DNA of 64,000 nucleotides from Myxococcales bacterium (GTDB lineage Bacteria > Myxococcota_A > UBA9042): assembly GCA_009692425.1 (NCBI GenBank), contig SHZF01000017.1, positions 5,714 through 69,713 on the forward strand, given 5' to 3'. Positions within the stretch are counted from its first letter, which is position 1. The number at the start of each line of letters is the position of its first letter. The notes beneath the pieces were generated by a model, which saw nothing but the letters and a program-made list of their open reading frames with translations, was not told the DNA's origin and searched no databases. Shown piece after piece: positions 36,301 to 44,133 of the stretch. Position numbers and translations under genes: made by a program.

Positions 36301-39300
36301 CGCAGGTGCATCGATCTTCAACACGGGGGGCTTGGTATCGACCCCAACGACGGCCGGCGTCGTCTGGACCGTCGCGGTGTTGCCGCACGCGTCGATGAGC
36401 TCTGCCGTCAGTTCATGCTGACCGTCACCGAGCACGCCGTACTTCGCGTGGGGATACTTGGTCGCGCCGCTGGCGAACGCTTCGGTCGCCTTCGTCACGC
36501 CGGCGTCCTTCAACACCGCGGCTTTGCCCTCGACATCGACCGTGCCGGCGTCCGCGATCAGTTCGATGTCGAGTGGATCGCCCGCCAGCAGGGTCGCCTT
36601 GCCTGTAGCCGGCACCGCAAACGTCGCCGCCGGCTTCGTCGTGTTGACTTGCCACGTCTGCGCGGCCGACTCCTTGCCCTTGTTGCCGACCGCGTCCAGC
36701 GCCTTGGCGACGACCGTGACGGCCCCTTCGACCGGGATCGGCACGTTGAGGGTGACGGTCTTGTTCTGCGACTGCGCCGTCGCCGCGATGGCATCGTTGA
36801 CCAGCACGAACACCAGCGCATCCTCGTTGGCCAAGGTGGCGACGAACTTGAACGTGCCGCCGGCCTTCGTGTCGGGTGCGGCGTCGAGCTTGCCCGACAG
36901 GCAACCGGCGGGCACATCGGCAGCGCTCGGCCCGACCAGCGACGCCAGCACCGGCACGATGCTGTCGAGCACGATGGTGCGGTCCTTGCCGGTGATGGAC
37001 GGGCTGCCGAGCGACGACGTCCAGTCGATGCCGGTCCCTGCGTCGGACGTCTCGGCGGTGAAGTGGTACTTGCCGTCCGTCAGCGCCGACATGTCAAAAT
37101 CGATCAGGTTGTTCTGCGACTTCGTGATCGAGACGACTTCGTTGTACCCGGCTTGCTTGCACGGGCCCTTGCCGACGCCCGGCGTGTCGGAGCACAGCCG
37201 CACCAGCGCGCCCGACGGCATGCCGATCACGTTGACGGTGATGGTCTTGGACGAATCCGCGTTCCACGGGGTCGCACACGTTCCGCCCGCGCAGACGCCG
37301 AGGCCGCACTCCGCCGTCGCCGTGCACGGCTTGGCCACGATGCCCAGGGGGGACTGGAACTGGATTTCAGGCTGCTTCGAAATCACAGTCGCGACCACGG
37401 TCTTCGAAGCCGGGTTGCCCGCCGCGTCTGCGGTCGCGAACACGATCTTGACCTTGTTGCCGTCGGGCAGCGTGACGACCCCGAAGCTCACCGCACCGAT
37501 CTGACCGTCGGACACGTCGGCAGCGACCGTGGCCGGATAGCTGCCGTTCTTGGCGCCGTTGTCGTCGAACACGTCGGCAACGACCTTCGTGCCGGCGCTG
37601 ACGCCCGACACCTGCACCTGCAGGTTGACCTGCATGCCGTCCGCCGGGTTCTGGTTCACGTCGTCGAGCGCCGCCAGCGTGAAGGTCGCGGCGCCGCCCT
37701 TGGCCGGCGAAGACAGGCTGCCGAAGACCGGCGCGGTGCGGTCGATCTTGATCGTGACGACTTTGGATGTCGCCGTCTGGTTGGCCGCATCGACCACCTT
37801 GGCGGTCAGTTCACACGTCGTCTGATCGGCCAGCACGATGCCGGTGAACGGCGCTTTGCCCGCAGCTACGACGCCCGCCACCGCCTTGGATGCCGCGCCG
37901 CACTTGACGGTCAGGGTCACCGCGCTGTCGTCCTCGGCATCCGTCGTCGCCACATCGACCTGGGTCACACAGTTCGCCACGCCTGGCAGACACGCAGCCG
38001 CCGTCAGGTTCAGGTTCGACCCGTCGGTCGGCGCGGTGATCGTGGCCGTGGGCAACTTGTTCTTGAAGCCGAGGTCGATCGCCGCGGAGTAGCCGATCGC
38101 CTTGGGCGTGGCGGCGAGGTAGGCGCCGACTTGCAGCGTAGTTGAGCCCTTCGACAGGCCGCTGATTTCGAACGAGTACGTGCCATCGCCGACATCGGTC
38201 ACCGGGGCAGCGACCTTGGCGCCGTTGACGAGCACGTCGAGCGTCGCGCCGGGCATGGCCGCGCCGTTGGGCTTGGCGACCTTGACCTTGACCGTCAGCT
38301 TGTCGGTGATCACGCTGCCTGAGCCAAGCGGTTGCAGGAACGTGACGACCGGCGCCTCGGAAACGAGCGTGATCGTGCTGACCGCCGTCTTGGTGACGTT
38401 GCCGACCGTGTCGGTGGCGGTCGCATGGACCGCATTCGGTCCCGCCTGCAGCGAGATGCCCTCGAAGACCACCTTGCCCTTGCCGAGCAGGCCGGATTGA
38501 CAGGAAACCTTGGCGCCGCCGACGTATACGCACGCACTGGCCGCGTCGGCACTGGTCACGGTCAATTCGACATCGATCTGGTAGCCGGGCTTGGGGTCCG
38601 AGTCGAGGTCGTCGGCAGCCGTCAGGGTCGCTTTCGAAGGCAGCGTGATGGCGACGCTCGGCCCCTTGGAGTCGAGCGTGAAGTTGCGCTTGACGGTGGA
38701 ACAGGTCTGCTCCGAAGCGACGTTGCCGAGCAGATCGGTGGCGTCGAACGTGATGACGTAGGCGCCATCGGGCAGCGTCTCGGCCGGCGCTCCGACTTGG
38801 AGGGCGAGCGTGGTCGACAGCAGACCCTTCTTGGGCTGGCCGACCGCCAGCGCCGGATACGCGCCCCCGCCCGGCACGGCAATGACGGCCTTGACGTCGC
38901 GGTTCTCGAGGTTCGTGGTCGTCAGCGCCACGTTGAACGACGCCGTGGTCAGCGTGACGTCGCCTGCCGGCAGCGCCACTTTCAAGCATGGCGCGGGCAG
39001 GGCCACGGTGACGGCAACGTCCTTTTCCGACTGGCTGGGGTTCGGCGCATTGTCCTTGGCCATGCACGTCACAGCGGAGCCCAGGCTCTCCACGTCGATG
39101 ACGACGGGGACCGCCAACGAAGTCGCGGCTGCGTCGGAAAACTTCGCCGAGCCCGATGCCGTCGGCGGATACGCCACGTTTGGCCCGGACTTGCGGCAGA
39201 AGATCGACACCTCCGTGCTGAGGTCCGGTGCGGCCTGAAAGTTCACCGTCACGGTCGTCTCGTACGTGAGCGCCGTTTCGGGCTTGCCGTCGTTCTTGGC

Positions 39301-40530
39301 GTACAGCACCGAGCCGCCGACCGGGTCTGCGATGACCATCTTCCCCTGCCCGGCAAAGACCACGTACGTCGTCGACAGCGACTTTTCGAGGCCGCAGCCA
39401 TTCTTCGCGGTGATCTGCAGCGCGTAGCTGCCCGATGACGGAAACGAGACGGGAATCGAGAACGTATTGTCGATGTCGAGGCTGACGGCCGGCAGGTCCT
39501 TGCCGTCGAGCTTGGCCGTGATGCCGTTCTTGTCGGCCGTCGTCAGCGTCGATGCGGTGCCGACGATCACGGTCTGGATGCCGGGCGCGGCCGCGTCCTT
39601 GTCGTCGCTGTTCTTCAGCACATTCTTCTTGTCCGGCGTGGGCTGCAGGATCGTCAGGGTCGGCGCCTTCGTGCCGACGCTCACCGCCAGCGGGTCCGAA
39701 GGGGTCGAGGGGCGGCCCGGATGGTCCTCGTCGCTGACGAACGCCTGCACGGTCGCGGTCTTGCCGTCGACTTCATCGTTGCTGGGCGGCGTGAGCGTCG
39801 CCGTGATGAGTGCGGAACCGCCGACGAGCAACACCTTGGCCGTATCGGACTTCGCGCCCTCCGTCGTCGTGACCGCGAGCCGGGCGTGCGTGCAGCCGAC
39901 CGACTTCGTCGTTACCTTGAAGTTGGCCTGCAGGCCGGGCGTCTGAGGGTCCACGTCCGTATTCTGGCAGCCGGCCGTGAACGCCTTGACGTCGGCCAGG
40001 CAACTGTCGGTGCAGTCGAGCTTGATCGACTTGATCTCTGACGAGGCGTCGCCGCCGGGCACCTTCGCGACCACGGAGATGTTCGGAGCCACCGTGCTGC
40101 ACTCCAGCGTGATCTTGAGGCGCGCTGCATTGCTCTGCGCCTTGGCGGTCGCCTTCGTCACGCCGTCGATCTGGACTTGGAGGTCGGTGCCGTTCGGCAC
40201 GTTCGTCGTCGTCACAACGACATCGACCTGCACGCCCAGTTCCGGGTACTTGTCTGCGTCGAGTGCGACCGTCGCCGTCGATGCGGTTTCGAGCACGTTG
40301 CCGTCCTTCGTTTCGACGAAAAAGGCAACGGTGGGCTTGACGACCGGGACGTCCTGCGTGTCGCCGCCGCCCGCGTCCGACGTCGCGTCGGCGGGGCACG
40401 CCACTTTGCCGCAGGGCCCCCCGACAGGTTCGTCATCGCTACAGGCTGCGAGTCCCGCGCACAGGCTGGCGGCGACAAGCGCTCGCAAGGACACGGAAAC
40501 ATGGCCGTGCTGCTTGAGTACCCCGATCAT
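33394..40530 (-). CDS. giant cell-surface lipoprotein (2378 aa) with Ig-like repeats and C-terminal FG-GAP/VCBS repeats
   Basis: AAGGAGAG RBS, then MIGVLKQHGHVSVSLRALVAASLCAGLAAC (lipobox). A long beta-rich T/A/V/G-rich repeat region follows. C-terminal Ca-binding FG-GAP-like motifs: DLNGDGLADFVAGG, DMNGDGIGDLVVGN, FDGDGLVDLVIQQ, DDFTGDGVADAAIGS. Plus-strand ORFs across this span are antisense shadows. Confidence 0.8.
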   Translation of the reverse strand: MIGVLKQHGHVSVSLRALVAASLCAGLAACSDDEPVGGPCGKVACPADATSDAGGGDTQDVPVVKPTVAFFVETKDGNVLETASTATVALDADKYPELGVQVDVVVTTTNVPNGTDLQVQIDGVTKATAKAQSNAARLKITLECSTVAPNISVVAKVPGGDASSEIKSIKLDCTDSCLADVKAFTAGCQNTDVDPQTPGLQANFKVTTKSVGCTHARLAVTTTEGAKSDTAKVLLVGGSALITATLTPPSNDEVDGKTATVQAFVSDEDHPGRPSTPSDPLAVSVGTKAPTLTILQPTPDKKNVLKNSDDKDAAAPGIQTVIVGTASTLTTADKNGITAKLDGKDLPAVSLDIDNTFSIPVSFPSSGSYALQITAKNGCGLEKSLSTTYVVFAGQGKMVIADPVGGSVLYAKNDGKPETALTYETTVTVNFQAAPDLSTEVSIFCRKSGPNVAYPPTASGSAKFSDAAATSLAVPVVIDVESLGSAVTCMAKDNAPNPSQSEKDVAVTVALPAPCLKVALPAGDVTLTTASFNVALTTTNLENRDVKAVIAVPGGGAYPALAVGQPKKGLLSTTLALQVGAPAETLPDGAYVITFDATDLLGNVASEQTCSTVKRNFTLDSKGPSVAITLPSKATLTAADDLDSDPKPGYQIDVELTVTSADAASACVYVGGAKVSCQSGLLGKGKVVFEGISLQAGPNAVHATATDTVGNVTKTAVSTITLVSEAPVVTFLQPLGSGSVITDKLTVKVKVAKPNGAAMPGATLDVLVNGAKVAAPVTDVGDGTYSFEISGLSKGSTTLQVGAYLAATPKAIGYSAAIDLGFKNKLPTATITAPTDGSNLNLTAAACLPGVANCVTQVDVATTDAEDDSAVTLTVKCGAASKAVAGVVAAGKAPFTGIVLADQTTCELTAKVVDAANQTATSKVVTIKIDRTAPVFGSLSSPAKGGAATFTLAALDDVNQNPADGMQVNLQVQVSGVSAGTKVVADVFDDNGAKNGSYPATVAADVSDGQIGAVSFGVVTLPDGNKVKIVFATADAAGNPASKTVVATVISKQPEIQFQSPLGIVAKPCTATAECGLGVCAGGTCATPWNADSSKTITVNVIGMPSGALVRLCSDTPGVGKGPCKQAGYNEVVSITKSQNNLIDFDMSALTDGKYHFTAETSDAGTGIDWTSSLGSPSITGKDRTIVLDSIVPVLASLVGPSAADVPAGCLSGKLDAAPDTKAGGTFKFVATLANEDALVFVLVNDAIAATAQSQNKTVTLNVPIPVEGAVTVVAKALDAVGNKGKESAAQTWQVNTTKPAATFAVPATGKATLLAGDPLDIELIADAGTVDVEGKAAVLKDAGVTKATEAFASGATKYPHAKYGVLGDGQHELTAELIDACGNTATVQTTPAVVGVDTKPPVLKIDAPAQGATFADAADAAPAVGGYQVTVQFTTTDAVSWTLELGADCDATFAKCAGYAPVGSGTVTAPGKQEPTILLTVPFGATPNYSARLTAKDSSGNTAKVEQGFAVKLSGCLLSMKGLPQGGAFTTQSCADKGKNCASVAAKVMVEFFGPCGTVTAVQLLKDGKEVASKAPTASVATFDVTVADGAKFSLEGVTVGTAKGSTGAIGVLADLTNPVAQWVAGTVQSVATPGGVSGTVGKPSDTDPATPGHQLHLLLQVTDSGLKGGKVTALQRTVAGGAAADLAQKSVTLPKTFDTAGTATVEVQHATLQENATNIVRATVQDALGNTAEASIAIKADWTPPAAPVLLPLQASDLKPRLPGIALRFTAVGDDGLTGKAASYDVRYVKKTALANETEFKAACDAKALPFAKISTPTDAGGNETIQVDGPDPRVGSDVCKFNPMVDDGITQYAFAIQAVDAAGNRSPVSNVITTKDLRLRYLQVVTKGLFDVPEFRSRAFPVGDLNGDGLADFVAGGGEKAPLCVVYGRKAGADGLLAALTIDSLDGTGYTCFDNKDGGLGATTGRAADMNGDGIGDLVVGNGIGVGKLRSVHVYLGKKAGTLGKTPALIVTGIVNPLPFGVLRMNVTGNFTGAKSAAGLPIDSFGVTTFPTATVTYTRVLIVPGNATLADGKTLTIDIDNATQRKDNNVITLNIKNPVSAPVFGAAIWGLGNLLLDGDGKGTQYEDVGIQQSTSAECVRLVKGRPAAGDQVLEFAQYDTTLPASASAVHVSAGTSATQFGANVIGFQMDAVEFDGDGLVDLVIQQQGGSSFGKTGGIYWLRGSALNKSLGGVAFLLTTPVPGETGLYQVPHGFVADAFVAGLQRFGKVGAAGGGSVDLIHGRPAFFMPGASSIVTIRHGLVRPGAAGASATGTAASYAVADIEFGNPFKPGDPKWGIGSNSWGGVGIAPLDDFTGDGVADAAIGSTDGSLVIMY

Positions 40531-40642
40531 GCTCTCTCCTTGTTCCTTCGGCCCGGTCCGCTGCAATTGAGTTCAAGGCGATCCAGTGGGTTAGTGCGAT
40601 CTGGGTCTGCGGCGACAGGCTCCGACTCGGGGGGCCGTGCGC

Positions 40643-40936
40643 TCAGACCGGTTGGCGCTCCAGCACGCGGCGGACGACCAACTCATCCAAGAAATTCAAG
40701 ATGTCTGCTAGCGCGCGCGCCAAGCCGACGTCGTAGCGTGCGGCAACGAGCCCAGCCAGGGCCACGGCATCGGCCGTGCCGGCGGCGATGGCTTCGAACA
40801 CATCGACGGCGGTGCCGGGCAGCAGGCGGTGAAACGCGCGGTCGTCCGTCACGACGAAGACTTCGCCCCCGACGCAGCGGTGTGCGGCGAGTGGATGGAC
40901 GCGGTAGCGAACGGCGGTGTCGGTTGGGGTGCTCAT
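40643..40936 (-). CDS. PqqD-family protein (RiPP recognition element-like peptide chaperone)
   Basis: MSTPTDTAVRYRVHPLAAHRCVGGEVFVVTDDRAFHRLLPGTAVDVFEAIAAGTADAVALAGLVAARYDVGLARALADILNFLDELVVRRVLERQ matches the PqqD length and pattern. The longer 251-aa ORF N-terminus is R/P-rich and rejected. Confidence 0.65.
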   Translation of the reverse strand: MSTPTDTAVRYRVHPLAAHRCVGGEVFVVTDDRAFHRLLPGTAVDVFEAIAAGTADAVALAGLVAARYDVGLARALADILNFLDELVVRRVLERQPV

Positions 40937-41425
40937 CGCAGTCAAGCCTTGGGACGGGCAAAAGCCAGCGCCGAATGCGTGTAGGTGGGACGCGGGCCGC
41001 TCGCTGCGGCTGTTGCCCCGGACTTGGTGGCCGACGGCGGCCAAAAAGTTGCGCGCACAATTCTTTGGCTCAGCACCAGCGGCGAGCGCTGAATCCGGCC
41101 TCGTGCCGCAGGGTTCGAATTCGGTCAGCACCCTCCCGACGAGCGGCGCACAGTCGAAGCCGGTCCCGACCCACGACCGACAATGCCCGCTGCCGTGCAT
41201 TGTGCAGCACGGGGGTGGCACTGACAAGGGCACCCGCCGCCCCCGGTCCACCGCCTTCGGCGCAGTTCTGCGTTGTCGCTGCGGAATCGGCGTTCGAAGT
41301 ACCGGGTGTCCGTCTTCAGGCCGACTCCTTGCTCCGCCTTGATCGGCATCCGAATTCGGCGGCCGGGGATGGGAGGCGGTGGTGAATCCTGGCCGCAAGC
41401 CAGCAACACGATTGCAGACTGCCGG

Positions 41426-42097
41426 TCATACGGGCTGGTGGCGCTCCGCGTGGGAATCCTGCAGGTAGCGGGGCAGCAGGTCGTGTGCAGCAAGGCTGGG
41501 CAGGGATTCTGCAAGCTCCGCGATCGCACGTGCGACGGGGGCATCGGCGACACCCACGTCGGTGGCTGCCGGGCCGGCTGCGGCGCGGAGCCACCCTGCG
41601 GCATGCCACCCCGAACCGGCCACTGCCACCGCGCGGCCGCTGGCACGGTGCGGCCACCACCCTGCGAAATCGTCTGCCGTCAGGAGCGTTTCTTCACATG
41701 CGATGCCGGCGTCGGACCAGCCGACGTACGCGACGCCGGTGCGGGCGGGCAGGGCCACCGCGCACGGCCCGGTCCAGCCCGCAGCACGCAGCGCAGCGAC
41801 GAGGGTCGGCAGAGACCCGACGCCGACGCAAGGCACGGCGTGGGCCCAGGCGAGGGCGCGCGCGGTCGCCAGGCCCATGCGCAAGCCGGTAAACGAGCCA
41901 GGTCCGATGTCGCACGCGATGCGCTGCAAGTCCGCGGCATCCAGTCGGGCCGCCGCCAGCAGGGCCCAGATCGCCTCGGTGAGTGGCCGTGCCTGGCCGC
42001 GCGCCACCATGCAGGTGCGCCCTGCAGCGAACCCCGCGTCTGTGCGCAGCCACACGCCGACCGTGGGCGTGGACGTCGTGATCGCCAACACGTTCAA
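41426..42097 (-). CDS. tsaB: tRNA threonylcarbamoyladenosine biosynthesis protein TsaB (YeaZ)
   Basis: MNVLAITTSTPTVGVWL...IACDIGPGSFTGLRMGLATARALAWAHAVPCVGVGSL is the inactive Kae1/TsaD paralog pattern. Confidence 0.8.
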   Translation of the reverse strand: MNVLAITTSTPTVGVWLRTDAGFAAGRTCMVARGQARPLTEAIWALLAAARLDAADLQRIACDIGPGSFTGLRMGLATARALAWAHAVPCVGVGSLPTLVAALRAAGWTGPCAVALPARTGVAYVGWSDAGIACEETLLTADDFAGWWPHRASGRAVAVAGSGWHAAGWLRAAAGPAATDVGVADAPVARAIAELAESLPSLAAHDLLPRYLQDSHAERHQPV

Positions 42098-42107
42098 CGG
42101 ACGGCCC

Positions 42108-43994
42108 CTACCGGATCAGGTTGCTGGCCCAGCTCTGCAAGCCTTCGAGCACGCGCTCCGTGTCGTTCTTCATCACGACGACGAAAAGCAGGCCGAGAAA
42201 GCTCATCCCGACGTAGGCGGCGATTTGGCGCGCGCGCAGGCTCACCGGTTCGCGCTTGATGGCTTCGATGAGCAGGAACAGCAGGTGCCCGCCGTCGACC
42301 AACGGGATCGGCAACAGATTGAGAATCGCCAGGTTGACGCTCAGCCACACCATGAGCTCGAAGAAATACCCCCAGCCGAGGTCGGCCGTCTTCGATGCCA
42401 GTTGGGCCATGAAGATGGGTCCGCCAACCTCCTTGACCGGCACGTGCCCGCGGAAGAGGCCGGCGACGGTCAAGACGGTCACCTGGAGCGCTTCAGTCAT
42501 GCGATCCCGCGTCGAGCGCACGGCGTAGGCCAGCAACGCCGGGTTCTCGATCATCTCCGGCTCGACGTAGTCCTGGACACCGTTCGCTCCAAAGGCCAGG
42601 GCCGGCCGGGCGTCACGGCCGACATCGACGGCAAGCTGCAGCACCGCGTCGCGATCCGCCCAGCCCCGCTGCAGCACCGAGGCGCCGTCGGGTTGGGCCG
42701 CGAGCCAGGTCTCCAGTGCGGTGGCGGGCGGCCGCTGGCGCGCCACGACCGGCTGCAGGCGCGCGACATCGGCGGCGCGGAACATGTGGCGCACCCGCAG
42801 CACGTGGGGCCGCTCCAATGCCTTGTGCATTTTGACGAGCTGGTCTTCGGCCGACAGCGTGCGCAGCGTGGGGTCGGCGCGCACGTCGTCCCACGGCTTC
42901 GAAAGCACGTCGTGCACCGCAAGGAAGCTGCGCGCGGGAACGCCATCGACCGCGACGACCTCGTCGCCCGGCACGAGACCTGCCCCCCGATCGGCCGGCG
43001 ACCCCTTCTCCACGGGGCCGACGATCAGGTGCGCGGGCAGCAGGCCGAGCGCCTCCATCGTCGTCGCCCCCTGCGGCTGAATGCGCACCGTGCGCAGGGC
43101 CGGGTCATGTTGGCGCTCGAAGGCTTGCTGCAACTCGCTGCGCGCGACGGGGGCGTCGAGCCGCAGGTTCGCCACGTCGACGACCAAGGGCGCTCCCGCC
43201 GCGAGCGCGGTGCGCAGCGTGTCGGCCAGTTCGTACAGCCGCAGCGTGGGCCGGCCACCGACGCGCGCGATGCGGTCGCCGCTGCGGATGCCCGCTTGCC
43301 ATGCTGGAGTGCCGGGCCGCACGGCGACGGTCGTGTTCTGGGCGTCGGGGCGCACCTCGATGCGGCCCACGATGTCGATCAGCCCGAGTTCGGGCAGGCG
43401 CACCTGACGGTGACTGGCCGGAGTAATCGCCACACTGTGCCGGCGACCGGCGCGTTCGTATTCCACTGCCGCGCGCCGCCCCGGCCGTGCGGCGATCTGG
43501 CGGCGCAGATCCTCGAACGTGACGATTTCTTCGCCATCGATGCGCACGATGCGATCGCCCGGACGCAGGCCGGCGCGGTCGGCAGGACCGTCGGGCATCA
43601 CCGTGCCCAGCCGGCTCGACATGACGCGGCCATCGACCAGCAACGCGCCAAAAAAGAGGATGAACACCGGCAAGATGATGTTCGCGATCGGACCCGCCGC
43701 GACGATCAGGGCGCGCCGCCATACAGGCTTGGCGGTAAAGGCGTCGGGCGCCAGGTTCGCGGGTTCGTCGGGTGGAGCGCTCGGGTCGTCGCCCAGCATC
43801 CGCACGAAGCCGCCCAGCGGCAGCGCGCGCACGGCGTATTCGGTGCCGCCTCGCTCCCAGCGCAGCACGGTGGGGCCGAAGCCGATCGAGAACGACAGCA
43901 CGCGCACGCCCATCCAGCGCGCGACAAGAAAGTGGCCCAACTCGTGGAACAGCACGAGCGGCACGAGCAATGCAAGAAAGTAGAGCACGAACAT
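42108..43994 (-). CDS. rseP: RIP site-2 metalloprotease RseP
   Basis: HELGHFLVAR (HExxH) in TM1, PDZ domains (GPADRAGLRPGDRIVRIDGEEI; GSPADRGAGLVPGDEVVAVDG), and C-terminal LPIPLVDGGHLL motif. Start at the internal Met (MFVLYFL, CAT at 43992-43994). The upstream 226 codons of the ORF are noise. Confidence 0.85.
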   Translation of the reverse strand: MFVLYFLALLVPLVLFHELGHFLVARWMGVRVLSFSIGFGPTVLRWERGGTEYAVRALPLGGFVRMLGDDPSAPPDEPANLAPDAFTAKPVWRRALIVAAGPIANIILPVFILFFGALLVDGRVMSSRLGTVMPDGPADRAGLRPGDRIVRIDGEEIVTFEDLRRQIAARPGRRAAVEYERAGRRHSVAITPASHRQVRLPELGLIDIVGRIEVRPDAQNTTVAVRPGTPAWQAGIRSGDRIARVGGRPTLRLYELADTLRTALAAGAPLVVDVANLRLDAPVARSELQQAFERQHDPALRTVRIQPQGATTMEALGLLPAHLIVGPVEKGSPADRGAGLVPGDEVVAVDGVPARSFLAVHDVLSKPWDDVRADPTLRTLSAEDQLVKMHKALERPHVLRVRHMFRAADVARLQPVVARQRPPATALETWLAAQPDGASVLQRGWADRDAVLQLAVDVGRDARPALAFGANGVQDYVEPEMIENPALLAYAVRSTRDRMTEALQVTVLTVAGLFRGHVPVKEVGGPIFMAQLASKTADLGWGYFFELMVWLSVNLAILNLLPIPLVDGGHLLFLLIEAIKREPVSLRARQIAAYVGMSFLGLLFVVVMKNDTERVLEGLQSWASNLIR

Positions 43995-44133
43995 GGGGCC
44001 AGCCCGACGCCGGGCGGTCGCCCCAGCCTGACGCTGCCAAGATAGCCCGTTCGGCGTCGGCTCGCCACCCGATTGCAAGCCGTGGGCTGGCACGGTAGAA
44101 GAATCGGCCGGACGCCTTGCGCCCACGGAGACC

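Noticed and set aside
34012-38145. Several 500-730-aa plus-strand ORFs (34012-36210, 36415-38145, 38332-39438) and minus-strand frame-shifted ORFs over the giant surface-protein gene
   Set aside because: All are antisense or out-of-frame shadows of the 2378-aa gene. Their translations are R/D/G-rich with no signal peptides or motifs.
40643-41398. 251-aa extended version of the PqqD-like ORF
   Set aside because: The upstream 154 codons are low-complexity, and the PqqD homology begins at an internal Met with appropriate length (97 aa).
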